Assembly (NCBI GenBank): GCA_026397315.1
Contig: JAPLVC010000001.1
Span: 128,001 to 192,000 of the forward strand
Origin: Candidatus Aenigmatarchaeota archaeon
GTDB taxonomy: Archaea > Aenigmatarchaeota > Aenigmatarchaeia > QMZP01 > QMZT01
Direction of reading: 5' to 3'
DNA length: 64,000 bases
In this document: positions 39,297-48,629 of the stretch, in pieces
How the letters are laid out: every line of letters begins with the position of its first letter
How positions within the stretch are numbered: the first letter of the stretch is position 1
Notes under the pieces: generated by a model
Database searches by the model: none
The model's input: only the letters and a program-made list of their open reading frames with translations
Told to the model about the DNA's origin: nothing
Program-made: the position numbers and the translations under genes

Positions 39297-41054
39297 ATGT
39301 TAAACTTTTACTCGCTGCTGCCGTTTTCGGCGTTGCTGACAAACCTGGTTTTCGGGATATTCATACTCTACATAGACCCGAAGAGCAGGCTCAACAGGCT
39401 ATACAGCCTTTTCACGCTTTCCTTTGCCTTCTGGGCCTTGGGCGATTTCATGGTTTTCATGGCATACGACCAGGGAAGCTCGCTTTTCTGGGCAAAAGCC
39501 GCCTCGGTCGGCTCTACACTTTCTGCAGCTTTCGCCATAAACTTCTTCGTGCTTCTGACGAAGAACAGGCTGGCAAACAGCAAGCTCATGCTGCTTTTTT
39601 ACGTGCCTGCGGCGGCGTTCTCTTTGCTATCGCTCGGCACCGACCTTATAACAAAGGGTACGAAGCCCGTTCCGTGGGGCCTGTTGCAGTTAAGGGGACC
39701 GCTTTACATCCCGATGACCCTTTTCATTGTGGCGTGCATGGTGGCGAGCATAATCCTTTGCTACATGTATTATCGCCGCACGGAAAAACAGGATGAAAGA
39801 AAACAGATGAGGATCATGATCATTGGCACGTCAATACCGCTTTTCGGCGGCATCGTGACGCAGATTGTCCCGATCATAATGGGCTTCGAAATGATTCCGC
39901 TGTCTTCGACGCTCTCGATAATCATAGTGGTGGCCGCCGCGCTCGGCGTCATGCGCTACAGGCTCATGACACCCGTGTCTTTCAGCATCCGCAAGAAGAT
40001 AATAGTTTCAATCATGGTGGCGAGCATAATACCGCTCCTCATGCTGAGTCACGTTTCTATATCGAGCATCAGCTCTCTCGGTTTGATGCACACCGAGCAC
40101 ATGGACACCATAAGCAACTTTTCCATAAACGAAACTGTTCATTCGCTGGAAGCGCTTGGCGCCGAAATGGTAAAGCAGAAGGCATTCGACGTCTCGAACC
40201 AGATAGGTATTTTCATCAGTAAGTCGCCCCAGATGACCGAAGAACAGATGAAAAACAACGCTGAGCTTGCATCGATAGCTGTCCAGCGCGTCGACAAAAC
40301 TGGTTACACTGCCGTGCATAACAACAAAGGCATCAACCTGTTCCATTCCAATCCAAATATCATAGGCTCAGATCTTACGAAGCTGAATTTGACGGGCTTC
40401 AGGGAGATAGTGCAAAAAAGCCTGAGTCAGGAGGCGTATGGCTATTACGACTGGAAGGAAAGCGACGGCAGCATAAGGCAAAAATACATGCACTGCGTTC
40501 CCGTAAAGATGACAGGCTTGGTAGTGTGCGCAACAACATACATAGACGAGTTTTCCGAGCCTTCGGATGCTGCGATGAAAAGACTGAACAATGCCACAAA
40601 GCAACACATACTTGATGAAAAAGATGTCCAGGCCGCGCTCCTCGTCACCATAGGCGCGATGCTAATCCCGATGGTGGCGATAATGATAATTATTACGTAC
40701 CTGCTCACCGGAGCCCTTTCCAAACCCATACTAAAGCTCACAGATGCGATGAAAAAGATAAGCGGTGGCAACCTCGACGTGAAAATAGAAGTGAAAGAAG
40801 GCGACGAGATAGGCCAGCTTGCTTCATCTTTCAAACAGATGCTTGAGGAACTGAAAACTTCAAAAATCAAAATAGAAGAGCATAGCAAGACGCTGGAGAA
40901 AGATGTCGAGGATAGGACTAGTCAGCTCGAGGATAAAGTGAGCGAGCTGGAGAGGTTCAGCAAGCTGGTCATAGGCAGGGAGCTTAAGATGGTGGATCTC
41001 AAGAAAAAATTAAAGGAAGTTGAGGATAAGCTGAAGAGCAAGGAGAATAAATAA
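39297..41054 (+). CDS. Membrane sensor (HisKA_7TM-like + Cache-like + HAMP) without kinase domain, C-terminal GRELKM helix
   Basis: N-terminal multi-TM region; KTGYTAV...HSNP...GYYDW Cache-like region; HAMP KPI..L......GNLD...DEIGQLA. Confidence 0.85.
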   Translation: MLNFYSLLPFSALLTNLVFGIFILYIDPKSRLNRLYSLFTLSFAFWALGDFMVFMAYDQGSSLFWAKAASVGSTLSAAFAINFFVLLTKNRLANSKLMLLFYVPAAAFSLLSLGTDLITKGTKPVPWGLLQLRGPLYIPMTLFIVACMVASIILCYMYYRRTEKQDERKQMRIMIIGTSIPLFGGIVTQIVPIIMGFEMIPLSSTLSIIIVVAAALGVMRYRLMTPVSFSIRKKIIVSIMVASIIPLLMLSHVSISSISSLGLMHTEHMDTISNFSINETVHSLEALGAEMVKQKAFDVSNQIGIFISKSPQMTEEQMKNNAELASIAVQRVDKTGYTAVHNNKGINLFHSNPNIIGSDLTKLNLTGFREIVQKSLSQEAYGYYDWKESDGSIRQKYMHCVPVKMTGLVVCATTYIDEFSEPSDAAMKRLNNATKQHILDEKDVQAALLVTIGAMLIPMVAIMIIITYLLTGALSKPILKLTDAMKKISGGNLDVKIEVKEGDEIGQLASSFKQMLEELKTSKIKIEEHSKTLEKDVEDRTSQLEDKVSELERFSKLVIGRELKMVDLKKKLKEVEDKLKSKENK

Positions 41055-41076
41055 TAATTTTATGGAGGGTGATAAT

Positions 41077-41856
41077 ATGAATAAATTTTTGATTTCGGCG
41101 CTGTGCATTTTGCTTGTCATCGGATTTTCGGGATGCACGCAGACAAACTTGAATGGAAGCGGCTCATCTCTGTTAAAATTGAAAGAGCCGGGCAAACTTA
41201 TAATAGGCACGAATTTGCCGTACGAACCAATGGAGTTCTACGACGCTTCGGGAAATATAGTTGGCATTGACGCGGATGTTGCAAAAGAAATCGCTTCGCA
41301 ACTTGGGCTGGAGCTGGAAATAAGAAATGTTGACTGGGACAAGCTGTTCGAACAAGTGAAATCAGGCGATCTGGATATTATAATTTCATCTATATCTATA
41401 ACAAATGAAAGGCAAAAGGAATATCTTTTTAGTGCGCCATATTTCAACGCAGGCCAGGTGGTTATCACCAAAAAGGGCAATACCGACATCAAATTCCCGG
41501 AGGACCTCAAAAACAAGAAAGTGAGCGCCCAGAAAGATACAACAAGCGCTGAAGAGGCTGCAAAATACTCGAACAGCTCTATAGTGTACGAAAACTCAGA
41601 TTACGAAAAAACTGTCGCTGACCTTAAAAATGGAAATTTAGACGCAATTGTCATGGATTATGTTGCCGGCATCATGCTGGTGAAGAACGACCAGTCACTT
41701 AAAATAGCTGTGGAACCTTTCACCCAGGAGTTTTACGGCATAGCCACGCAGCTAGGCAACACGGCACTCATGAATGAAGTGAGCAGAGTGCTCAGAAATA
41801 TGAAGGAGACAGGGAAGCTGGAAGAAATAAAAAATAAGTGGCTTAGCGAGACGTGA
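41077..41856 (+). CDS. Polar amino-acid solute-binding lipoprotein (family 3), no permease nearby
   Basis: FSGC lipobox, YEPMEF, GIDAD, FSAPYF, GKLEEIKNKWL. Confidence 0.9.
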   Translation: MNKFLISALCILLVIGFSGCTQTNLNGSGSSLLKLKEPGKLIIGTNLPYEPMEFYDASGNIVGIDADVAKEIASQLGLELEIRNVDWDKLFEQVKSGDLDIIISSISITNERQKEYLFSAPYFNAGQVVITKKGNTDIKFPEDLKNKKVSAQKDTTSAEEAAKYSNSSIVYENSDYEKTVADLKNGNLDAIVMDYVAGIMLVKNDQSLKIAVEPFTQEFYGIATQLGNTALMNEVSRVLRNMKETGKLEEIKNKWLSET

Positions 41857-41911
41857 AATGTTTGGATCTGGCAGTGCTTTGAAAAATAACAAAGATAAGT
41901 GGCTCGGGTAA

Positions 41912-43603
41912 ATGAAAATAAACATATCGCTGAAGATAATCGGGGTAGTTTTTTTGCTTTTTTTACTCGTTTTTATAATCATCGCTTACAACAACATCAT
42001 AATCTATGAGAACGATGTGACAGGCTACTTCATAGAAAAAGCTAAAGCTATTGCATATTCCATCGAAGCTGGCATAAAGAACAGGGAAACCCTGAGCAAA
42101 AAGGATGAGATGTTGTCCAGCATCCATAAAATCATGTGGCTTAATTCTGAAATTGTAGATATAACATACGTCACAAGTAGCGAAAGCGGGCTGGTAAATT
42201 ACATATCAAACGACCCCGAAAGAAACGGTGTCGAGCCCGAACCTGAAAATTATGAAGCGTTCGAAAAGGATATCGTGATAAGCAAGATTTACACTCGGGG
42301 ATATTCAGCCATGCTTAAAATCGTATCACCTCTTCACATCTCTGGGCAGGTTGTCGGCACCGTGCAGTTGGATTTTACCATGGAAAGCATTAATGGTAAA
42401 ATAACAGCTGTCAGAAACTCCCTCATCGTGGGTTATCTTATGTTAATGATCACTTCCGCTGTTCTGTTGTTCTTTTTGCTGAGAATACTAGTCATAAAAC
42501 CTATTCAAAAAATAAACAAAGGCGTTGAATCTGTATCGTCTGGCAAGCTGGACTACAGCGTCGATATAAAATCCAATGACGAGATAGGCAATTTATCAAA
42601 AGCTTTCAATAGGATGGTAAACGATCTTAAGCAATCCAACGACCAGATAAAAAGGCACGAGCATGATCTCGAAGAAAAGGTAAGCGAAAGGACCAAGGAT
42701 CTTGACTCCAAAGTGGGCGAGCTCACGGATACGAAGACGGCGATACTCAACATGATGGAGGACATGGACGATGCCAACAGGAACCTTATGACGATGCAGG
42801 ACGAGCTCAGGAACAGCCTCAAGGAACTGAAGGAAAGCGACATCAAGAAGGACGAATTCATATCGATAGCGGCGCACGAGCTGAAGACGCCACTGACATC
42901 GATACACGGTTTCTCTCAGCTGATGCAGAACAAGGACGTCATAGAAAACAAGGAAAGGAGGGGAAAATATCTGGGTATAATGGAGCATGAGACCACGCGC
43001 CTGGCAAAGCTCGTGACCGACATCCTCGACCTTTCAAGAATTGATCTTGGAACGCTTAAAATGGCGATAGAAGAGGTCGATGTTTCGTCGCTTATAGACG
43101 ACGTGAGCAAGGAACTCAACATACAGATGAAGTCCCATGGTCTCGAGTCTGAATACATCATAGAAAAGGACCTGAAAATGATGACGGACATGGAGAGGCT
43201 TACACAGATAGTGATAAATCTCATAAACAACTCCATCAAATACACGCCGAAAGGCAAGATAACCGTGAAGGCATGGAAAGACGGCGGCGACTTCCATTTC
43301 ATGGTCAAGGACACGGGTATAGGCATACCGAAGGACAAGCAGCACCACATCTTCCAGAGGTTCTATCAGGTCGATTCTTCATACACCAGGTCAGCTGGAG
43401 GCGTCGGCCTCGGCCTTTCTCTATGCAAGGAGTTCGTGAACGTCCTCGGGGGCAAGATATGGTTCGTGAGCCAGGAAGGCAAGGGAAGCGAGTTCCACGT
43501 CACTCTGCCCATGAAGAAAACTGTCGCGCCCGGTATATTTGACGTGAAAGCAAAGGCGGCAGAAATCCTCAAGAAGTCTGAAAAAATCACGAAAGGAAAA
43601 TAA
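41912..43603 (+). CDS. Sensor histidine kinase (2 TM, HAMP, HisKA, HATPase)
   Basis: AHELKTPL H-box, NLINNSIKY, DTGIGI, F.RFYQ, GVGLGL. Confidence 0.96.
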   Translation: MKINISLKIIGVVFLLFLLVFIIIAYNNIIIYENDVTGYFIEKAKAIAYSIEAGIKNRETLSKKDEMLSSIHKIMWLNSEIVDITYVTSSESGLVNYISNDPERNGVEPEPENYEAFEKDIVISKIYTRGYSAMLKIVSPLHISGQVVGTVQLDFTMESINGKITAVRNSLIVGYLMLMITSAVLLFFLLRILVIKPIQKINKGVESVSSGKLDYSVDIKSNDEIGNLSKAFNRMVNDLKQSNDQIKRHEHDLEEKVSERTKDLDSKVGELTDTKTAILNMMEDMDDANRNLMTMQDELRNSLKELKESDIKKDEFISIAAHELKTPLTSIHGFSQLMQNKDVIENKERRGKYLGIMEHETTRLAKLVTDILDLSRIDLGTLKMAIEEVDVSSLIDDVSKELNIQMKSHGLESEYIIEKDLKMMTDMERLTQIVINLINNSIKYTPKGKITVKAWKDGGDFHFMVKDTGIGIPKDKQHHIFQRFYQVDSSYTRSAGGVGLGLSLCKEFVNVLGGKIWFVSQEGKGSEFHVTLPMKKTVAPGIFDVKAKAAEILKKSEKITKGK

Positions 43604-43616
43604 GGAAAAAGACCGG

Positions 43617-44435
43617 TTATTTCTTATCTTGTTTTTTACCCATCGCGCTTGCGCCAGCCTGTTGCGCGGCTTCAAAAAGCCTGGTAATGACCACTCTGTT
43701 ATATATGAAACCGGTAGCCATCAGGATGTAGTCCATGTTCCAAAGTATGTCTATAATGTTTCCGGTCTCATAACTGCCGAGAATATAAGAATATATTATA
43801 TCAGCGCACGTGCTCAGCATCAACGCGAAGAATATTACAGACCATGGCTTGATGAATTTGCTGTCCCACAGGTAAGTCAGGCCGAAAGCCATTGAAATAA
43901 GCAGGAACATGTCTTCTGCAATGTATCCGGCCGAAGCCGCTTTCTCCAACAAAGGAGTTTCAGTATCTGCTGCAAATGGTGCAATAAGAAATATTGAAAC
44001 CACCGCTATCGCTATCACAACGGACAGCAATATCCACTTTTTTCTGCCGAGCTTCGATGACGAAAGCTTGCATATGAAAAACATGCCGGCGATGAAAAAC
44101 GCGTAGCCCGCATACCAGAAAATATCGGCTATCGACACGACTGGCTTGAAGTCAGTAAATATCTCCAGAACTCCCCATGTTATTTCACCCAGAGTCCAGA
44201 ATGCCGTCCCTACCGCGATGAATAACATCGCTTTTCCCTGCTCGCTCTTGAAGCCATGTATCTTGAAGGCGAAAAAGCCGGCCAGCGTGGCCATTATCGC
44301 CAGCGCGGCCACCCACACGTCTGCGATGACGTAAAATGAGTCGCCCAACGGCCGGAAGGCGAAAAGCGCCAGATTTATTACCAACAGAGCAACGAGAATC
44401 GAAAGCCCGAGATATTTCATATTTTCTAATTTCAT
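43617..44435 (-). CDS. Stand-alone multi-TM protein resembling membrane sensor input domains
   Basis: About 8 hydrophobic helices, W.LGE..W and SIADIFW..GY motifs; no cytoplasmic output. Confidence 0.7.
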   Translation of the reverse strand: MKLENMKYLGLSILVALLVINLALFAFRPLGDSFYVIADVWVAALAIMATLAGFFAFKIHGFKSEQGKAMLFIAVGTAFWTLGEITWGVLEIFTDFKPVVSIADIFWYAGYAFFIAGMFFICKLSSSKLGRKKWILLSVVIAIAVVSIFLIAPFAADTETPLLEKAASAGYIAEDMFLLISMAFGLTYLWDSKFIKPWSVIFFALMLSTCADIIYSYILGSYETGNIIDILWNMDYILMATGFIYNRVVITRLFEAAQQAGASAMGKKQDKK

Positions 44436-44453
44436 TTTAACAACATCATCATA

Positions 44454-44654
44454 TCATTTGATATATTTCCTGTAAAGCGGATCCATCTTTTTCTTGGCCG
44501 CGCACACGCCTATGAACTTCCCGAGAAAGTCGGTACACTCGTCCAGGAAGTCCTTCGGGTATTTTTCAGGATCATCAAAATTTTTCAGCTGTTCGGATAC
44601 TACAGAACCTAGCAACTTGTCAAATACTGATTTAGCTTCTTCTTTCAGTGCCAT
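44454..44654 (-). CDS. Small hypothetical protein
   Basis: 66-aa ORF co-oriented within the receiver operon. Confidence 0.6.
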   Translation of the reverse strand: MALKEEAKSVFDKLLGSVVSEQLKNFDDPEKYPKDFLDECTDFLGKFIGVCAAKKKMDPLYRKYIK

Positions 44655-44680
44655 GGTATCGGCCTGTAATATAAAATGGT

Positions 44681-45061
44681 TCATCCTATCATTTTCTTGA
44701 CCCTTTTGACGAGGTCGTCGTTGTCAAAGGGCTTGTTTATGTAGTCAAGCACTTTCATTTCCTTGAGGATGTCCTTGCCAGCTTCGGAGAACTTGGCCAC
44801 GGTTAGAAAAGCGATTTTCAGGCCCCTGGTCTTCGGGTCTTTCCTTATCTTGTCGCACACCTCGCGGCCGCTCATGCCAGGCATCATCATGTCCAGAAGT
44901 ATGAGATCCGGTGACATTGTTTTGAGCTTATTCAGGCAATCCTCGCCATCCGATGCTGTGGCCACGTCGTATCCCTCATGCTCGAGCACGGCAGAGACAA
45001 GCTCCCTAAGGCTTTCCTCGTCGTCGACTACGAGAATCTTCTTTTTTGTCATATTTAACAT
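44681..45061 (-). CDS. Stand-alone response regulator receiver domain
   Basis: ILVVDD, LLDMMMPGMSG, FLT, KPF. Confidence 0.95.
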   Translation of the reverse strand: MLNMTKKKILVVDDEESLRELVSAVLEHEGYDVATASDGEDCLNKLKTMSPDLILLDMMMPGMSGREVCDKIRKDPKTRGLKIAFLTVAKFSEAGKDILKEMKVLDYINKPFDNDDLVKRVKKMIG

Positions 45062-45117
45062 ATTGCATCATCTCTTTATTAAAATTATTAAATCCTGAGA
45101 TAGTCCTTAGATGGCGT

Positions 45118-45669
45118 TCACCCGAAATTTATCGTCTTGTCCGCGAACATGCCCAGATCCTTCATGAGCTTATCGTTCTCCTCCTGCGGTATGGTGTCCT
45201 GCTTCAGGAGGATGAAGAGCTTTTTGACGTTCTCTTTCGTATCGTCCGACATGATGCTGTGGGTGAAGCTCACGACCGACGACGTCTGCTGGTAAATGAG
45301 GAGCGTGGATATCGTGTCGAAAAGTATGACGCTGCAGCTCTTTTTCTCGACCGCTTCCTTTATCGCCACCCGTATGGCGGCAAGGTCGCGTGGTGAACGC
45401 ACGAAAAAGCAGTCCTTGCACGGCTCGGGGTCGTGGTAATGCGACGTGAGCACGTCTATGAAGAAGAAATCCGACAGATTGAACCCCTGCTTCGAAAGCT
45501 CCTCTTTGACGTCTTTGACGGGCTTGCTGAGGCACACGTAGCATATTTTCGTCTTTGTCTTCTCCACGCCATTGATTATCTCTTCCATGCGAGCTGTGTA
45601 TTCGCTCTCCTCCATCATGATGATGAGGAACCTGTTGCTAGTGATTTCCTTGATGAGGTCCAGTACCAT
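45118..45669 (-). CDS. Inactive KaiC/RecA-fold protein (no Walker A)
   Basis: CYVCLSKP, FFIDVLT, ILFDTISTLLIY, MFADKTI; paralog of 35101-35661. Confidence 0.75.
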   Translation of the reverse strand: MVLDLIKEITSNRFLIIMMEESEYTARMEEIINGVEKTKTKICYVCLSKPVKDVKEELSKQGFNLSDFFFIDVLTSHYHDPEPCKDCFFVRSPRDLAAIRVAIKEAVEKKSCSVILFDTISTLLIYQQTSSVVSFTHSIMSDDTKENVKKLFILLKQDTIPQEENDKLMKDLGMFADKTINFG

Positions 45670-45764
45670 TATTGTAATTAGCGGCATAACTTATAAATTT
45701 AATTTTAAAATGTTTAAACATAATAAATGTTTTATAAGCAAAAGCGATAATAATATATAAACGG

Positions 45765-46562
45765 ATGGAAAAAACACTGCTATCCGTTGCTAAAGAGGCG
45801 CTTTCATTCATAAAACCTGAGATATGTTTCTTCTGCGCAGGCATAGCAGCGTCGGGGTATATCGTTTTCAACGGGATTGATGCAAAACTCCTGCAGCTTT
45901 TCATCGCTGCTTTCCTGGGAACAGGTGCAAGCTACGCCTACAATTACATGAAAGACGCGAAAGAGGACATGGCAAACGGGAAAAAACTGAACTTTTTCGT
46001 CATAAACAGCGGCCGTGGGCGAATTTTTGTCTCGCTTCTATATGTTGTCGGCTTCCTTTTTTCTCTATTGTCTCCGGTCTCTGCGGCTTTTTATGTCGTC
46101 ATGGCTGTCATGAGCGTGTTTTACTCAAGGAACAGGATAAAGGAGATTTTTCTCGTGAAGAACGTTTTCACCGGCATGACCATATCGCTTTCATTCCTGC
46201 TCGGCGCTGCAGCTGGCGGCTTTTCACCGGCCATGGTACCTTGCGTCGCCGCCATCTTTTTCCTCGGCTCTGCTGCCAACGCGCTGGGCGACATACGCGG
46301 CAGGAAAGGCGACGAGGCGATAGGCATGATCACGCTTCCCATAGCGATAGGCGTGGAAAGGACGAAACTTGTCATATATTCGCTCCTTTCGCTCTGCGGC
46401 GCCTCGATATTATTGTCCGGCAGCAGGGCATTGTATCCCGTAATACCTTTTGTCGTGCTCACCATAATGTGTCTCTCTAGGAATAATATTGCCCTCAGCA
46501 GGGTGTCTATGCTGTCGTCTTTTGCCCTGCTGCCCCTTTTCATTATCGCAGGAATCTGGTAG
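45765..46562 (+). CDS. UbiA-family membrane prenyltransferase
   Basis: NYMKDAKEDMAN first motif; DIRGRKGD...G..TLP second motif (partly degenerate); multi-TM. Confidence 0.85.
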   Translation: MEKTLLSVAKEALSFIKPEICFFCAGIAASGYIVFNGIDAKLLQLFIAAFLGTGASYAYNYMKDAKEDMANGKKLNFFVINSGRGRIFVSLLYVVGFLFSLLSPVSAAFYVVMAVMSVFYSRNRIKEIFLVKNVFTGMTISLSFLLGAAAGGFSPAMVPCVAAIFFLGSAANALGDIRGRKGDEAIGMITLPIAIGVERTKLVIYSLLSLCGASILLSGSRALYPVIPFVVLTIMCLSRNNIALSRVSMLSSFALLPLFIIAGIW

Positions 46563-46570
46563 GTGATGTG

Positions 46571-47623
46571 ATGTGCTGCATAACGTTCAACTGGAAGGAG
46601 AACGATGCCGTGGAAAAGGTGGAGCATTTCAGGCGAAAGCGCACGGTTTCTTGGGCGGTGGTCGAGGTGACCGAGGCGTGCAACCTGAACTGCAAGTGGT
46701 GCTACGCCTCTTCCAGCTACAAAAACAAAAATGCCGGGTTCATGCGGGAAGACGAAATAATCTTCATCCTCAACAGGCTTTCCGAAGCCGGAGCGAGGCA
46801 GGTCACGTATTCGGGCGGCGAGCCGAGCATTTACCCGCACCTTGATTTTGCCATAAAGGAGGCGAAGGAGCGCGGCATGGTCGTGCACGTGAACACGAAC
46901 GGCTACATGCTGACGAAAGGCCTCGCTGCGAAATGGGCCGGGCTCGGAGTTACACAGGTCCAGGTGAATATCGACAGCACGGACGCAGCGAAGCATGACG
47001 AAATCCGCGGCAGGGCTGGCTCCTTTTCCCGCGCATTGAAAGGAATAGGCAACACTGCCGCAGCCGGCATTACGCCGGTTTCGCAAACCGTGCTGACCAG
47101 TGAAAACGAAGGAGAGGTAATGCGCATCATATGCTTGGCCAGAAAAGCGGGCGTCGAGCGCGTCAGGTTGTGGGACATGATGCTTTCGGGCCATGCGCAG
47201 GACAGGAGAGACATGCTCCCGGCCAGATATCTTGAAATACTCAAGGAGGTTTCAGAATACGCCCTGCAGACCGGCGCGAAAAGCATAGAAGCCGGCGAGC
47301 CGCTCTTCCCTCTCGGATACGAAACTGGCATGAAAGTGATGGATTCTTTCTGCGTATGCCTCGCCGGGCTTCTCGCCAATTTCTCGGTCAGCGGCGATGC
47401 TTACTTCTGCTGCATGCACAGGAAGCCGCTATACAATGTATTCAAAGACGCGGCGGAGGAGCGACTGGACGGGCTTCATGCAAGAAAAATAAGGGAATTC
47501 TCGGACCGCTTTAGCCTGCCAGAAAAATGCGTCAAATGCGACGTGCTTGGAAAATGCATGGGAGGCTGCATCGCCAGGAGAGGCTTCACGCCAGACGGCA
47601 GGGACTACTGGTGCACTGAATAG
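46571..47623 (+). CDS. Radical SAM/SPASM-domain protein
   Basis: CNLNCKWC, SGGEP, NTNG, C-terminal CVKCDVLGKCMGGC...C. Confidence 0.93.
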   Translation: MCCITFNWKENDAVEKVEHFRRKRTVSWAVVEVTEACNLNCKWCYASSSYKNKNAGFMREDEIIFILNRLSEAGARQVTYSGGEPSIYPHLDFAIKEAKERGMVVHVNTNGYMLTKGLAAKWAGLGVTQVQVNIDSTDAAKHDEIRGRAGSFSRALKGIGNTAAAGITPVSQTVLTSENEGEVMRIICLARKAGVERVRLWDMMLSGHAQDRRDMLPARYLEILKEVSEYALQTGAKSIEAGEPLFPLGYETGMKVMDSFCVCLAGLLANFSVSGDAYFCCMHRKPLYNVFKDAAEERLDGLHARKIREFSDRFSLPEKCVKCDVLGKCMGGCIARRGFTPDGRDYWCTE

Positions 47624-48618
47624 ACGAGCTTCAGCCGCCTGCCTGCGTAGTCATAACCGGAAAGGAAAAGGCCGGGCTCGAAAATGCGCAGATAGCCGAG
47701 TATGGTCTGCGACAAGAAATCCCAGTTATCCTTCTCCAACTGCAGGCCGCATGCGGGATTTTTTATCAGGACAATGATTTCCTTCGCTTTCATTTCAATG
47801 CTGACGATGCCCCAGCCCATGACCTGCAGCAGTGTTTTCAGCAGCTGCGCTTTTTTGATGTCGTCTGCGTTGCTTTCCACGATGCCGTTGAAAAAGGATT
47901 TGGATACGTCCGCCACGCAGCCGGACATTATGCCCTTGTTTCCTATTAAATGGAATAGCGTACTTTCTATTGGTGAGATGGATTTGCCGCGGAAACTTAT
48001 GGCATTGCCCTTCATCTCGAAAACTTTTGTTTTAAGCGCGTCCCTCAGCGTGAAATCGTCTGACGCATCTGTCCTGTTGAGCTTATCGTAAAGCTGCCTG
48101 CTCTTGCCCGTGATGGACATGCGCTCGCCCGTCCTCCTGAAGACGTACCTGCATTCGCCAGTGCTCTGTTCGGCCTCGACCATGGCGAAGCGGAAGCCGT
48201 ACAGCGAACCGAGTATGCCCCTGTAAAACCCTTTCATCAGGCTGTTGCTGCCCACAATCCTTGTCAGACCCTCGTTTCTGGTAGTTATCTCGAACAGGCC
48301 GGCATCCTCGCGCATGTGAAAATAATCCATCAGATACACGCTTACCCATATCTTCTTTATTATGACGTTGAGGAAAAATTTCGGCGGCAGCTTCCTGAAG
48401 CTGGATGGCAGGAGCGAGCCGAAATAAAGAGCCATCCATCTTTCGCCAATTTCCTCCATCTCGGCGGCGTAACCGGCGTCTTCGCAGGCCTTGACATAGC
48501 CGGCGCCTATCTCCTCGAAGAACAACGTAATCCGTCTCGGGCGCAGCTTTACCCTGTTAACAATGTCGCCGGCGTGCGTCTTGATGCCGCCTTTCCTCAG
48601 AAAATCGGCTATTCTCAT
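47605..48618 (-). CDS. Tandem V4R-like domain protein
   Basis: KGFYRGIL......VE......CRYVF and L.VMGWG...I.NP...FL...ILGYL patterns; downstream of a KaiC-like gene. Confidence 0.6.
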   Translation of the reverse strand: MRIADFLRKGGIKTHAGDIVNRVKLRPRRITLFFEEIGAGYVKACEDAGYAAEMEEIGERWMALYFGSLLPSSFRKLPPKFFLNVIIKKIWVSVYLMDYFHMREDAGLFEITTRNEGLTRIVGSNSLMKGFYRGILGSLYGFRFAMVEAEQSTGECRYVFRRTGERMSITGKSRQLYDKLNRTDASDDFTLRDALKTKVFEMKGNAISFRGKSISPIESTLFHLIGNKGIMSGCVADVSKSFFNGIVESNADDIKKAQLLKTLLQVMGWGIVSIEMKAKEIIVLIKNPACGLQLEKDNWDFLSQTILGYLRIFEPGLFLSGYDYAGRRLKLVYSVHQ

Positions 48619-48629
48619 GGTCGGTTCTT

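Noticed and set aside
39737-40030. 18-nt direct repeat CATGGTGGCGAGCATAAT (39737-39754 and 40013-40030) encoding MVASII twice
   Set aside because: Real, but both copies lie in TM helices of one intact ORF; no support for a function beyond a possible domain-fusion scar
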